A stretch of 60,075 bases of DNA, the filler included. It is 6 parts of 6 records of this genome, joined end to end, with 100 filler letters (N's around TTAATTAATTAA, not from the genome) between each part and the next. Parts side by side here need not be neighbours in the genome. Positions count along the whole stretch, not along the records: positions 1 to 7,607 come from SRR31147125_1209; positions 7,708 to 16,756 come from SRR31147125_1213; 4 more parts are not named here. One strand, 5' to 3'. The notes below the pieces were generated by a model. The model was not told the origin of the DNA, did no database searches, and worked only from the letters and a program-made list of their open reading frames with translations. Numbering within the stretch: the stretch's first letter is position 1; every line of letters begins with the position of its first letter. The translations under genes were made by a program, and so were the position numbers. Of the stretch, positions 1 to 9,785 are shown piece by piece.

Positions 1-234
1 GAAAAATGCATACAATGCAAAAAATGCATCGCTGCATGCCCTGTTAATATGTTTGATTTTTCTAACGGGGAAATAAAAATCGTACAAGATAATAATAATT
101 GCATTCTTTGTGCTGAATGCTATCATAATTGTCCAGCCGATGCGATTATTCACCCATACGTAGAACCTGCGAAGATACGGCTAAAGAACGGTCATGCTGA
201 CTTAGAACGAGAATCTTCCGCTATCTACATGTAA
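1..234 (+). CDS. 2x[4Fe-4S] ferredoxin-domain protein, C-terminal part (5' end outside window)
   Basis: Frame is open from base 1: EKCIQCKKCIAACP...CILCAECYHNCP, two CxxCxxCxxxCP motifs. The ORF-track start at 49 is internal. Confidence 0.85.
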   Translation, partial: EKCIQCKKCIAACPVNMFDFSNGEIKIVQDNNNCILCAECYHNCPADAIIHPYVEPAKIRLKNGHADLERESSAIYM

Positions 235-458
235 AAAAGGAAATTGTATTAATCTTTAAAGCAAACACGGAAAGCATTAGCGTTTGTATAAGTGTTCTTA
301 TTTCAGTTTTATGTCATTTTGCTAAGGCAATTTTACAATATAATAAAACATCCATACCTTCATCAGATATGCGTGTACTAACATGCCAAAAGAAAAATCC
401 TGCAGCAGCGACTTGGTTAGGTACAATGCTAAATAATGAGATTTGTTAAAACACGTTG

Positions 459-487
459 TTGACATATATCCCATTGGGGTATATAAT
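459..487 (+). promoter_or_regulatory. sigma70/sigmaA promoter of the ABC importer operon
   Basis: TTGACA (459-464), 17 nt spacer, TATAAT (482-487); RBS AAAGGAG upstream of ATG 569. Confidence 0.85.
465..485. promoter_or_regulatory. candidate CsoR/RcnR-family-type operator in the promoter spacer
   Basis: Near-palindrome TATATCCCATTGGGGTATATA with C/G tracts, lying in the spacer and overlapping the -10. Resembles TAC-C-tract/G-tract-GTA operators; family assignment is inference. Confidence 0.45.
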
Positions 488-488
488 C

Positions 489-535
489 CTTTAAGAGTTA
501 GCCTTTGCTAACTCTTAAAGTTAGTTTCGCCTAAC
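489..535. promoter_or_regulatory. two tandem GTTAG-N6-CTAAC boxes (DtxR/MntR-family-like operators)
   Basis: GTTAGcctttgCTAAC (497-512) inside a perfect 14-bp-arm inverted repeat (489-502/507-520), and GTTAGtttcgcCTAAC (520-535), directly downstream of the -10. Confidence 0.6.
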
Positions 536-568
536 TCGTTAGGATATTTTTATTAAAGGAGAGTTATA

Positions 569-1696
569 ATGAAAAAAGTACTACTTATGGCAATGGCAAT
601 GATTTCGATATTCGCGTTTGCCGCATGCGGTCAAACGATCGCAGAAACACCGGAGGTGCAAACTTCTAACGAAGCGTCTACCGAACCAAGCGCAGTTACA
701 GATGATACCATATTGGAAGCAACCGAACAGCCCAGCGAAGCATCTTCATCACCAGAGGCCTCTAATGAGAAAATTTTGGTCTATCTTTCCGGCCCGGAAG
801 CAATGATAGGCAAGCTAGAGGAAGCATTTGAGGAGGAAAATGGCGATATACTTGACCTCACCATCATGAGTTGTGGTCAGCTTCGCAGCAAGGTGTGGGC
901 AGAAAGCGAAGCAGGCAGCATTCAAGCTGACGTCATTTGGGGCTCCGATCCGTTGCTTTACAACAAGCTAAACGACGCCGATATGCTAGAACCGCTGGAG
1001 ATCAATGATATTGACAGCATTGATGAAAACTACGTTTGGGAAGGTAAAAACTACGCGCTGGTCAACGAACGCTACATCACCATCGTATACAATACCAACA
1101 TGCTTTCCGAAGCGCCGCCAACCAGCTTTGCGGATTTGACCGATGAAATTTATAACGGCCTCGTTACCATGGCGGATGCCACTCAATCTTCAACTGCGTT
1201 TGCCATCGCCTCCGCGTTGTACGAGCTCGAAGGCAACAACAGCGACTATTTCCAAGCGCTAAAAGACAACGGCATCATGCTGACAAAGTCTAATGGTCTC
1301 GTTCCGTCGACTATCATGGAAGGACAGTACACCGTAGGCATTGCGCCGCACGATGGGGTGGTTCGCCTCAACAAAAAGGGTAAAAGCGAAGGCTTTGAGG
1401 TGCCGCTTGAGATCGTTTGGCCAAGCGAAGGCGTTATCGCACTACAGCGCCCTGTCGCCATTCCAGCAAGCGACACCCGAAGCGATGAAAAAGAAGCCAT
1501 CGCAAAGAAGTTTGTGAACTTCCTGCTTTCCAAAAAGGCACAGACTATCACCACCAATTTTGGCTTCGTCAGCGTGCGTACCGACATTGAAAACACCTAT
1601 CTTCCGGAAGGTGTAGACGTATACACCGTTGACTGGGATGCAGCAACTGCCAACGAGGAAACCATTAAGAATGAGTATCAAGCTATCTTCCACTAA
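569..1696 (+). CDS. ABC transporter substrate-binding lipoprotein, Fe3+/AfuA-FbpA-like family
   Basis: Lipobox FAAC, acidic S/T/E linker, SBP-like motifs (ADVIWGSD, IVYNT, IVWPSEG, AKKFVNFLLSKKAQ), followed by permease and ATPase. Confidence 0.8.
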   Translation: MKKVLLMAMAMISIFAFAACGQTIAETPEVQTSNEASTEPSAVTDDTILEATEQPSEASSSPEASNEKILVYLSGPEAMIGKLEEAFEEENGDILDLTIMSCGQLRSKVWAESEAGSIQADVIWGSDPLLYNKLNDADMLEPLEINDIDSIDENYVWEGKNYALVNERYITIVYNTNMLSEAPPTSFADLTDEIYNGLVTMADATQSSTAFAIASALYELEGNNSDYFQALKDNGIMLTKSNGLVPSTIMEGQYTVGIAPHDGVVRLNKKGKSEGFEVPLEIVWPSEGVIALQRPVAIPASDTRSDEKEAIAKKFVNFLLSKKAQTITTNFGFVSVRTDIENTYLPEGVDVYTVDWDAATANEETIKNEYQAIFH

Positions 1697-3368
1697 ACAA
1701 CGAAGCAAAACGGGGTTGCACGCAGGCCGTGCGATCCCGTTTATTCTTTTGTTGCTCATATCCATATTCATACTGTACCCCGTGATTATGGTTGTGCTGA
1801 CCAGCTTTAATCTTGACGGGGTCTTTAGCATTCAAGGCTATGTGACCGCTTTTTCATCGCCCACCACATACAAAGCGTTACTGAATACACTGCAGATGAT
1901 AGTAGGTGTGCTGCTTGGAACTTGGCTTATCGGTGGCGCGCTATCTTTTATCCGGCACAAAACGAACTTCAAGCGCAAGCGAATGCTCGATACGTTTGTT
2001 TTTTTGTCCTTCACAATACCTGCGTATATTCTTTCCATCTCATGGATCGAGGTTGTCAGCCGCGGCGGATATCTTCATCGCATTTTGCAATCAATATCCC
2101 CTGCTATTAACTACAATGTTAACGCCTACACCATTGGCGCGAGCGCAGTCATCCTTGCACTGCACCTATACCCTCTCGTCTACTACGGCGTCGGCAACGC
2201 ATTGAAGCTTCTAGATAACCCGCTTGAGCAAAGCGCCAGGGTTTGCGGTGCCAGAAAGCCACGTATCATATTCCGCGTAATTTTACCGCTTGTTTTGCCG
2301 TCATTTATCTCGACCGGTCTCTTGGTCGTCAGTCGAAGTATGGCTAACTTTGGTGTACCGGCTCAGCTATCGCTGCCTGCCGGCAATGAAGTGTTGACTA
2401 CACGGGTATTTAGTGCCATGTCTGACCTCAATCTGCCCGTCGTAGCCGTACTTTCACTGCTGCTGATCGCGATATCTCTCGCATTGTTCCTATTGTCCGA
2501 GCGAGCCCTCAAAAACAGGAGCTATGATATTAGCGCATCTGCAAAAAGTTCCGCTCCGTCTATCATCAAACTGGGTCGTTGGCAGAAACCGATTCGCATC
2601 TTCATCACTGTCTTCTTTGCCGTGACCATTGTCATCCCTTTTCTTACGATCATCATCTCTTCGTTTTTCAAAAGATGGGGGCTTGATCTGCGCATCGAAA
2701 ACTTGACACTGGTCAACTATACAAAACTGTTCTCCGAAGAAAAGCTACTCACACAACCGTTACTCAACAGCCTGTTCTACGGCATCACAGCTGCCACGAT
2801 TGCGACTATAATTGCCAGTCTTACCGTATATTTTTACAAATACAAAAGAGTCCCAGTTTCCAAATGGCTGATGAATATTGCGCAATTGCCTATAGCAATA
2901 CCGAATATGATTCTTGCCGTGGCAGCAATGTTCGCTTGGATCAACGAGCCGTTCAAGCTGTATGGCACAGGCGCAATCATCATTGTCACCTACACGGTGT
3001 TGTTTATCCCGATTTGCATCAAACAGATGTTGGGCGCGTCCAAAAACCTGGATTGTTCGCTGGATACGGCAGCGCAAACCATGGGCATTCCTTTGATGTG
3101 GCGATATACACGTTTATTCGTGCCACAGATTAAAAGCAGCTTGCTTTCAGGGTTTCTTGTCTGCTTTTTGATATCGCTTAAAGAGATCCCCATATCGCTG
3201 CTACTATATTCTTCAGGCACCCAAACACTCGGCGTAATGATGTTCACTATTCAGTCCAATTCGTACGGGCTGGAAATGACATCAACCATATCCGTTGTGG
3301 TAATTGCTCTTAGCGTCATCGGCCACATCATACTACGAAAACTCGGCTCGAAAGGATATAAAGCATGA
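1671..3368 (+). CDS. ABC transporter permease, FbpB/AfuB-like (duplicated domain)
   Basis: About 12 TM segments and two EAA-like loops (LEQSARVCGA, LDTAAQTMGI). Start at ATG 1671 is an estimate. Confidence 0.85.
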   Translation: MSIKLSSTKQRSKTGLHAGRAIPFILLLLISIFILYPVIMVVLTSFNLDGVFSIQGYVTAFSSPTTYKALLNTLQMIVGVLLGTWLIGGALSFIRHKTNFKRKRMLDTFVFLSFTIPAYILSISWIEVVSRGGYLHRILQSISPAINYNVNAYTIGASAVILALHLYPLVYYGVGNALKLLDNPLEQSARVCGARKPRIIFRVILPLVLPSFISTGLLVVSRSMANFGVPAQLSLPAGNEVLTTRVFSAMSDLNLPVVAVLSLLLIAISLALFLLSERALKNRSYDISASAKSSAPSIIKLGRWQKPIRIFITVFFAVTIVIPFLTIIISSFFKRWGLDLRIENLTLVNYTKLFSEEKLLTQPLLNSLFYGITAATIATIIASLTVYFYKYKRVPVSKWLMNIAQLPIAIPNMILAVAAMFAWINEPFKLYGTGAIIIVTYTVLFIPICIKQMLGASKNLDCSLDTAAQTMGIPLMWRYTRLFVPQIKSSLLSGFLVCFLISLKEIPISLLLYSSGTQTLGVMMFTIQSNSYGLEMTSTISVVVIALSVIGHIILRKLGSKGYKA

Positions 3369-4402
3369 ATGATCTTATTATTGAAAACCTAAGCGTATCT
3401 TACCGCCGCTCAGGCGACGCTGCCGGCAGCGCATCCCCATCAAGCAGCAACCGCATACTTCATAATTTTTCACTGCATGTCCGAAGCGGTGACCTAGTCG
3501 TGATCCTCGGCCCGAGCGGCTGCGGCAAGAGTACACTTCTTACGGCAATCAGCGGGCTGAAAAAGCCAGACAAAGGCCGCATCAACTTTAATAACTCCTG
3601 CTTTTTTAGTAAAGCGGATCATATCAACATCCCCGCAGAGCAGCGCAATATTGGCTTCGTTTTTCAATCCTACGCACTTTGGCCGCACATGAGCGTGGCT
3701 CAAAACATCGCTTTTCCGCTTAAGGCCAGAAAATACAGCAGAACCCAAATTCATAAAAGCGTTTCGCACATACTTGACACCGTACATATGAACGGCTATG
3801 CGCATCGGTATCCAGACGAGCTCTCGGGTGGAGAAAAACAACGCATCGCGCTGGCACGTTCGCTGGTTTACCATCCGTTGCTGCTGCTGCTCGACGAGCC
3901 GCTGGCCAACATCGACGCCAACCTGAAAACCTCACTAATCCGTGAAATCAAGGAGACTCAGCGCAAGCTCGGTATTACAACCATCTATGTAACGCATGAT
4001 CAAAGCGAAGCCTTCGAGATCGCAGATCACATCGTCATCATGAACGATGGCATAATCATGCAGCAAGGCAGCCCGCGTGAGATCTACCATCACAGTAAAA
4101 ACCTGTTTGTTGCAGATTTCATCGGCAAGAATAATATCTTTCAAACACACGGCCACGGCTGCCCGCGCTTTTTAAAGCATTGCCGCGCAAAGCAGGCTGT
4201 TGCCGTTCGCCCAGAAGATATTGAAATCAAATCAGACGGAGTGCAACACGGCGTAATTAAAAGTGTATTATATAAAGGTGACCGCACCGAATACATAATT
4301 GAATCCGGTGGCGTCGAGCTTTTAGCTTATATGCCGAGCGACGAAAAGCGTGATAAAGGCGATCGTGTGAGCTTTGATATCAAGCGTTATCATTCTATAT
4401 AG
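3365..4402 (+). CDS. ABC transporter ATP-binding protein, FbpC/PotA-like
   Basis: Walker A GPSGCGKST, LSGGEKQR signature, LLLDEP, VTHD, C-terminal TOBE-like region; 4-nt overlap with permease. Confidence 0.9.
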   Translation: MNDLIIENLSVSYRRSGDAAGSASPSSSNRILHNFSLHVRSGDLVVILGPSGCGKSTLLTAISGLKKPDKGRINFNNSCFFSKADHINIPAEQRNIGFVFQSYALWPHMSVAQNIAFPLKARKYSRTQIHKSVSHILDTVHMNGYAHRYPDELSGGEKQRIALARSLVYHPLLLLLDEPLANIDANLKTSLIREIKETQRKLGITTIYVTHDQSEAFEIADHIVIMNDGIIMQQGSPREIYHHSKNLFVADFIGKNNIFQTHGHGCPRFLKHCRAKQAVAVRPEDIEIKSDGVQHGVIKSVLYKGDRTEYIIESGGVELLAYMPSDEKRDKGDRVSFDIKRYHSI

Positions 4403-4536
4403 CAAAGCCACGTACTTAAGCGATGAGATATTACGTTTTGAATACAAAAGGATTGGGTATTACCTAAAAAAACACTAAATGCTACCATATTATATGATGA
4501 TGTTATATAATATATATACATTAAGGAGTATATGCA

Positions 4537-5727
4537 GTGATTAAAGATATTATAGATATCGTATTAACTTGTGCGGAAGGGGCATTTTTACAGGTTGGCG
4601 TTTTTGTGGGTGCTGTTCTTCTGCTGTTTGGGTATATCAACTACAGACAACAAGGAAGACTTGTAAAACGTTTGGAGAACGCTAAAAAAATACAGCCAAT
4701 AATCGGTGCTCTTTTGGGTTTAACGCCCGGATGCGGTGGTGCAATATTTGTTATGCCGCTGTACTTAAAGGGCTCTATCAGCTTTGGTACAGTTGTCGCT
4801 ACACTCATCGCAACGATGGGTGATTCAGCTTTTGTTTTAATATCCACTCAACCACTTGCATATTTATTAGTAACGACTATTTCCTTTGTTGCGGCCATAA
4901 TAACCGGCTATACGGTCGACAAGCTTGGCATAGACGGTGGTTTTGCAAAAACCAGAGCAAAACGGTTAAAAGAACTAAAACTACTGCCCGCACAGCATAA
5001 TAAGATACAACATAACCGAACACAACACGTTGGCCATATAGATGGCGACGAAGCCGATATTCTTTTTCATCACAGTGATAAAAAACATGGCGGAGCGAAC
5101 TGGATTAAAAAATTTACCCATGGTTTAGCATATAAAATTTATTGGGTCGTTACAGGTATCGGGCTGATACTCGGTATATTATTGCTGTTTCAAATCAATA
5201 TAAACGCTTCACTCAAAATACCACATATAGGCGCGATGATCGGGATAGGTGGTGCTTTATTTTCAATTATTTACATGATCATTAATAAAAAGATTATTAA
5301 AAATGAAGAACATACCAAAGAAGAAGAAAAAATATATTCGCTAAAAGAAACGCTAGTCCATAATGCAGAGGATACTGCCTTTGTAACTACTTGGGTGTTT
5401 GTTGCATATTTAATTTATGAAATTGGGGTATATGCTGTTGGCGGTGAAACTGTGATCCAAACGTGGATGATGGCAGCCGGCATTATGTCAGTAATCATTG
5501 GCGCACTTATCGGTCTTATTCCGGGCTGTGGCCCACAAATTGTGTTTGTTTCTCTTTATGGCAAGGGGCTGATTCCGTTTGCTGCACTAATTGCGAATGC
5601 AATATCACAAGACGGTGATGCGTTATTCCCTCTGCTCGCCATTGACCGCAAGTCTTCAATATGGGCAACCATAATTACGACAATACCTGCATTGATTATT
5701 GGCGTGGCGTGGTATTATTTGTTTTAG
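4537..5727 (+). CDS. putative heavy-metal/manganese transporter (ArsP_2/DUF2899 type)
   Basis: Two repeats each with PGCG and a GD-x-x-F motif (TMGDSAF, QDGDALF), about 10 TM segments, His-rich central loop; GTG start with RBS AAGGAG. Confidence 0.75.
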   Translation: MIKDIIDIVLTCAEGAFLQVGVFVGAVLLLFGYINYRQQGRLVKRLENAKKIQPIIGALLGLTPGCGGAIFVMPLYLKGSISFGTVVATLIATMGDSAFVLISTQPLAYLLVTTISFVAAIITGYTVDKLGIDGGFAKTRAKRLKELKLLPAQHNKIQHNRTQHVGHIDGDEADILFHHSDKKHGGANWIKKFTHGLAYKIYWVVTGIGLILGILLLFQININASLKIPHIGAMIGIGGALFSIIYMIINKKIIKNEEHTKEEEKIYSLKETLVHNAEDTAFVTTWVFVAYLIYEIGVYAVGGETVIQTWMMAAGIMSVIIGALIGLIPGCGPQIVFVSLYGKGLIPFAALIANAISQDGDALFPLLAIDRKSSIWATIITTIPALIIGVAWYYLF

Positions 5728-5843
5728 AGATTCATGAATGCTGTATTAATCAGTGCTTCCTAAGATATATTGATAAAATAACAGCGATTGCGAAGCATAT
5801 TAAACTCTTCATTTCTGTTGTCCGTCAATTGATATAAATGTAA

Positions 5844-5878
5844 GAAGAAAACCTCCAAACTGTTATATTCGGAGGTTT
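5844..5878 (-). terminator. intrinsic terminator of the minus-strand ABC gene
   Basis: Minus strand AAACCTCCGAA-loop-TTTGGAGGTTT followed by TCTTCTT, about 40 nt after the stop at 5920. Confidence 0.6.
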
Positions 5879-5919
5879 GAAAATCATTAATACATCCACG
5901 ATTTGTGCGCAAAGCACAT

Positions 5920-7607
5920 TTATGCTGTTTGCATCGTCCAACCGACGGATTCACTTTGCAGCTTCCAAAGCTTTGCGTACAGCCCGCCGCGGGCAATGAG
6001 GTCTTGATGACAGCCTTGCTCGCGCACAACACCTTCGTCGATAACGATGATCTGATCGGCATGACGTATCGTCTTTAAGCGATGCGCGATAATAACCACC
6101 GTTTTGTTTTGCACCAGCGTACCCAGCGCACGCTGCACCTGCAGTTCATTTTCAGGGTCGAGCGACGCCGTTGCCTCGTCGAGCAGTACGATGGGTGCGT
6201 CTTTGAGCAAAGCCCGCGCGATGGACACGCGCTGTCTCTCACCTCCGGAGAGCGTACAGCCGCCTTCGCCGATGGACGTGTCATACCCTTGGGGCAGCTT
6301 CGTGATAAAATCATGGCAGCACGCCTGTCGCGCCGCCCATTCCACCTCCCGCTGTGAAGCGCTTTGCTTGCCCACTCGAATATTGTTGCCAATCGTGTCT
6401 TTAAAAAGATATACATCTTGAAACACCATCGACACATTTTCTAAAAACTTCTCGGGTTCAAGTGTTTTAATGTCGGTGTTGTCGATCCGGATGCTACCCT
6501 CTTGCACATCCCAAAAACGGGCAATCAGACGAGCGACCGTGCTCTTTCCACTGCCCGACGGACCAACAAGTGCGGTAACGCTTTTCGGTGGTATCGTAAA
6601 AGTCACGTTTTTAAGCACACTTTCATCTTGATAGGCAAACGTCACATTGTCGAATATGATTCTGCCCGCAACATTCTCCTTTGTCTTCGTACCACTAAGC
6701 GGTTGTTCCTTTTGAATAGCCATAATTCGTTCAGCGCCCAATGTCGCATACTTCAGCTCAGCATAGTTTATAAGTACCAACGTCATGGGTTCATAGATAC
6801 GCGCCGCAATTAGCAGAAACATCAGAAACACCGGCAGCGTTAGTGTTCCGCCAACGAGCGTATAACTTCCCACAAATATCATAATTGTAAAGCTGGCACG
6901 CAACAGTCCGATCGCGGTAATCATCACCGAACCGATACCGGCTTCGATGCGAATTGATTCCTTCATCAGCCGTTTAAATGCACTTTTCAATCTGGCAAAC
7001 CTTTCGCCGCTTAAGTTGTGTGCTTTGATTTCGCGCATGCCGAGCAAATATTCCTGCAATCGGCTGGCAGCATCTATTTTGGCTTTTACATGGTCGTTAC
7101 CAAGCCGCCGTTGCAGCTTTCCCGACAGCATGACTATCAGCAGTGTTACAGGCAGCGCCGTAAACATCGCCAGCGACATCCGCCAATCAAGGAACAGCAG
7201 ACACACAAACGCCACAAACGGCAATACGATCGCGCTGATGAGCTGCGGAACAAAGTGCGAAATCACCTTTTCCACCGATGCGTAGTCGCCAAGAATCATC
7301 GTGGTCAAATCACCGGGGTCTCGACTGCCAAAAATCCGAGCGACAGTTTGCGCAACTGCTCGGCGAGCTTGATCCGACCGTTTGCCGCAAGATCGTACGC
7401 CGCAAAATATGTTTTGTCGTACGCGACGCTGGATATCCAGTATTGCACAAACAACCATACAACCAATATACCTGTATCAATCCACAACCGCGTCATATCC
7501 ATTGGCGTTTGCTGTGCAAACGAGATGTAAATCGTATTCACGATATCGAGAATGACCGCTGTGGGAATTAGCTTAAATAAGCCTTCCAAAAACGAAACTA
7601 AGCTGGG
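5920..7607 (-). CDS. fused permease/ATPase ABC half-transporter, IrtB/YbtQ-like (5'-truncated; one apparent frameshift at 7330-7334)
   Basis: ORFs 7305-7589 and 5920-7458 join as ...LRKLSLGFFGSRDPGDL if one base is added to the A5 run. Walker [25 protein letters not shown]. Confidence 0.8.
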
Positions 7608-7707
7608 NNNNNNNNNNNNNNNNNNNNNNNNNNNNNNNNNNNNNNNNNNNNTTAATTAATTAANNNNNNNNNNNNNNNNNNNNNNNNNNNNNNNNNNNNN
7701 NNNNNNN
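7608..7707. other. artificial contig spacer
   Basis: 44 N + TTAATTAATTAA (stops in all frames) + 44 N. Confidence 0.98.
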
Positions 7708-7790
7708 GGGATTTTATGTGTACGTCAGTACACAAAATAGGGGATAAGTAACATCCATTGTTTTTTGGATGCATTAACATATTATCACTT

Positions 7791-7810
7791 TTGTAAAGAT
7801 TTGTAAAGAT
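7791..7810. repeat. perfect 10-bp direct repeat TTGTAAAGAT x2
   Basis: Seen directly, downstream of topA in an intergenic region. Confidence 0.7.
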
Positions 7811-7840
7811 TTTTATTTCTAAACCATAATTTACGTAAAT

Positions 7841-9625
7841 TTAATCTTTTTTAATATAACGACATTTAGGAAATCCGCTACATGCAAGAAATTCTCCATA
7901 TCTCGATTTTCTTACGACCAAGTGTTTTCCACACTCTGGACATATCTCATCTGTAATCTCAGGTTCTATTTTTTTCATCTCTTTTTGTGCTTTTTCAATC
8001 ATTGGTATAAAACTATCATAGAAGTCTTTTAATAAGGTAACAGCTGATTCTCTATTTTCTGAAACATCGTCTAGTGCTTTCTCCATTTCCGATGTCATTT
8101 TCACATTAATAATGCGATCAAAAAATAAATTTAATTGTTCAGATGTTAATGTCCCTTGCTCAGTTGGAATAAATCTTTTGGATTCAGTTGTGACATATGC
8201 ACGATGTTTTAATGTTTGAATAATCGCTGCATATGTAGATGGTCTACCAATACCAAGTGATTCCATCTCTTTAATGAGTGATGCTTCACTATATCTTGCT
8301 GGTGGTGTTGTCTCTTTTTCATCTAAAATAATTTCTGATGCTTCGAGTGTTTGACCTTCTTCAAGTTTTGGTAACAACTTTTCTTTAGGTTTATTTGCAT
8401 CAAATACGCGATAATGTCCATCGAATTTTTCAGTTAATCCTGATACTTGATAAAGATTACCATTTGATTCAATATTTACTTTAGTTGCTTCAAATATAGC
8501 TGGTGCCATGAGTGAGGCAAGTGTTCTCTCATAAATACGTTTATAGAGTTTGTGTTCATCTTTTGATAGATAAGGTTCCATGAGTGATGGTGTATTATCT
8601 AATGATGTTGGACGAATCGCTTCATGCGCATCTTGTGCATTACTGCTTTTCTTCACACTATATTTACCTAGATAAGGTTTCCCAAAGTTATCAAGTATAT
8701 GTTTTTGTGCTTGTTCAACAAAAGGTGCTGCAAGTCTTGGAGAATCTGTACGCATATAAGTAATTAAACCCATCATTTCTCCATGAATCTCTATACCTTC
8801 ATATAAGCTTTGAGCCACACGCATCGTACGACTTGCGCTCATATATAAATTATTAATGGCATCTTGTTGTAATGTAGATGTGATAAATGGAGGTCTTGAT
8901 TTTCTAATTGAATCTTTGACGTCTATTTTAGTCACTTTAAAAGGATTAGTAGATGTTTCTTTAATTTTTGTTGCTTCTTCTAAACCAATTCTAGTTTTTG
9001 CAGGGATATAATAATCTGCAGTAAAATCTTTAAATACTGCATCTAATTCATAATATTTTTCTGGTATAAATGCTTGAATTTTCTTTTCTAAATCAACAAT
9101 AAGTTTTAGTGCTACACTTTGCACACGTCCAGCAGATTTAGATTTAATCTTAGATTGTAATAGTTTAGATAATTTAAATCCAATGATACGATCTAATATA
9201 CGTCTTGCTTCTTGTGAATTTACTAAATGCTGATCAATAGTTTGTGGATGATTAAGTGCTTCTGTGACAGCTTGTTTTGTAATTTCTCTAAAAATAATAC
9301 GATTTTGAGCTTTTGTATCAAGATCTAATACTTGAGCTAAATGCCATCCAATCGCTTCACCTTCTCTATCGGGGTCAGTCGCAATATAGACATCCTTGCC
9401 TTTTGCAGCTGCTTTTAAACTTTTAATAACTTGTTTCTTTCCTTTTATAGGTACATATGATGGTTCAAATCCATTTTCTACATCAACACCTAAGCCATCT
9501 TTACCAGAAATTGCTAAATCTCTAATATGACCTTTCGATGATAATACAGTTGTGTTATCACCTAAATATGATTGTATAGTCTTTGATTTTGATGGTGATT
9601 CGACAATAATTAGTTTTTCGTTCAT
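7841..9625 (-). CDS. topA: DNA topoisomerase I
   Basis: TOPRIM IVESPSK and ATDPDREGE, SAGRVQS, catalytic ITYMRTDS, AHEAIRPT, GIGRPSTY, one C-terminal zinc ribbon (CPEC...C...C). Confidence 0.97.
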   Translation of the reverse strand: MNEKLIIVESPSKSKTIQSYLGDNTTVLSSKGHIRDLAISGKDGLGVDVENGFEPSYVPIKGKKQVIKSLKAAAKGKDVYIATDPDREGEAIGWHLAQVLDLDTKAQNRIIFREITKQAVTEALNHPQTIDQHLVNSQEARRILDRIIGFKLSKLLQSKIKSKSAGRVQSVALKLIVDLEKKIQAFIPEKYYELDAVFKDFTADYYIPAKTRIGLEEATKIKETSTNPFKVTKIDVKDSIRKSRPPFITSTLQQDAINNLYMSASRTMRVAQSLYEGIEIHGEMMGLITYMRTDSPRLAAPFVEQAQKHILDNFGKPYLGKYSVKKSSNAQDAHEAIRPTSLDNTPSLMEPYLSKDEHKLYKRIYERTLASLMAPAIFEATKVNIESNGNLYQVSGLTEKFDGHYRVFDANKPKEKLLPKLEEGQTLEASEIILDEKETTPPARYSEASLIKEMESLGIGRPSTYAAIIQTLKHRAYVTTESKRFIPTEQGTLTSEQLNLFFDRIINVKMTSEMEKALDDVSENRESAVTLLKDFYDSFIPMIEKAQKEMKKIEPEITDEICPECGKHLVVRKSRYGEFLACSGFPKCRYIKKD

Positions 9626-9648
9626 GTAAACACTCCGTTTCCATATCT

Positions 9649-9676
9649 ATTATAGTGACTAAAAAGCGATTGTCAA
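9649..9676 (-). promoter_or_regulatory. sigma70 promoter of topA
   Basis: Minus strand TTGACA (9676-9671), 16 nt spacer, TATAAT (9654-9649); RBS GGAG before ATG 9625. Confidence 0.7.
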
Positions 9677-9785
9677 GTCAAATAAATATGCATGCTTTCT
9701 ATATATATTATATAAATATATATGTTTTTATATTTTATTTTAGAAAAACATAACATATGTTTACTTGATTAAAAAAGAAGAAATA

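Noticed and set aside
4403-4536. yybP-ykoY manganese riboswitch before the metal transporter
   Set aside because: The characteristic GGGGAGUA-type core and paired stems are not visible.
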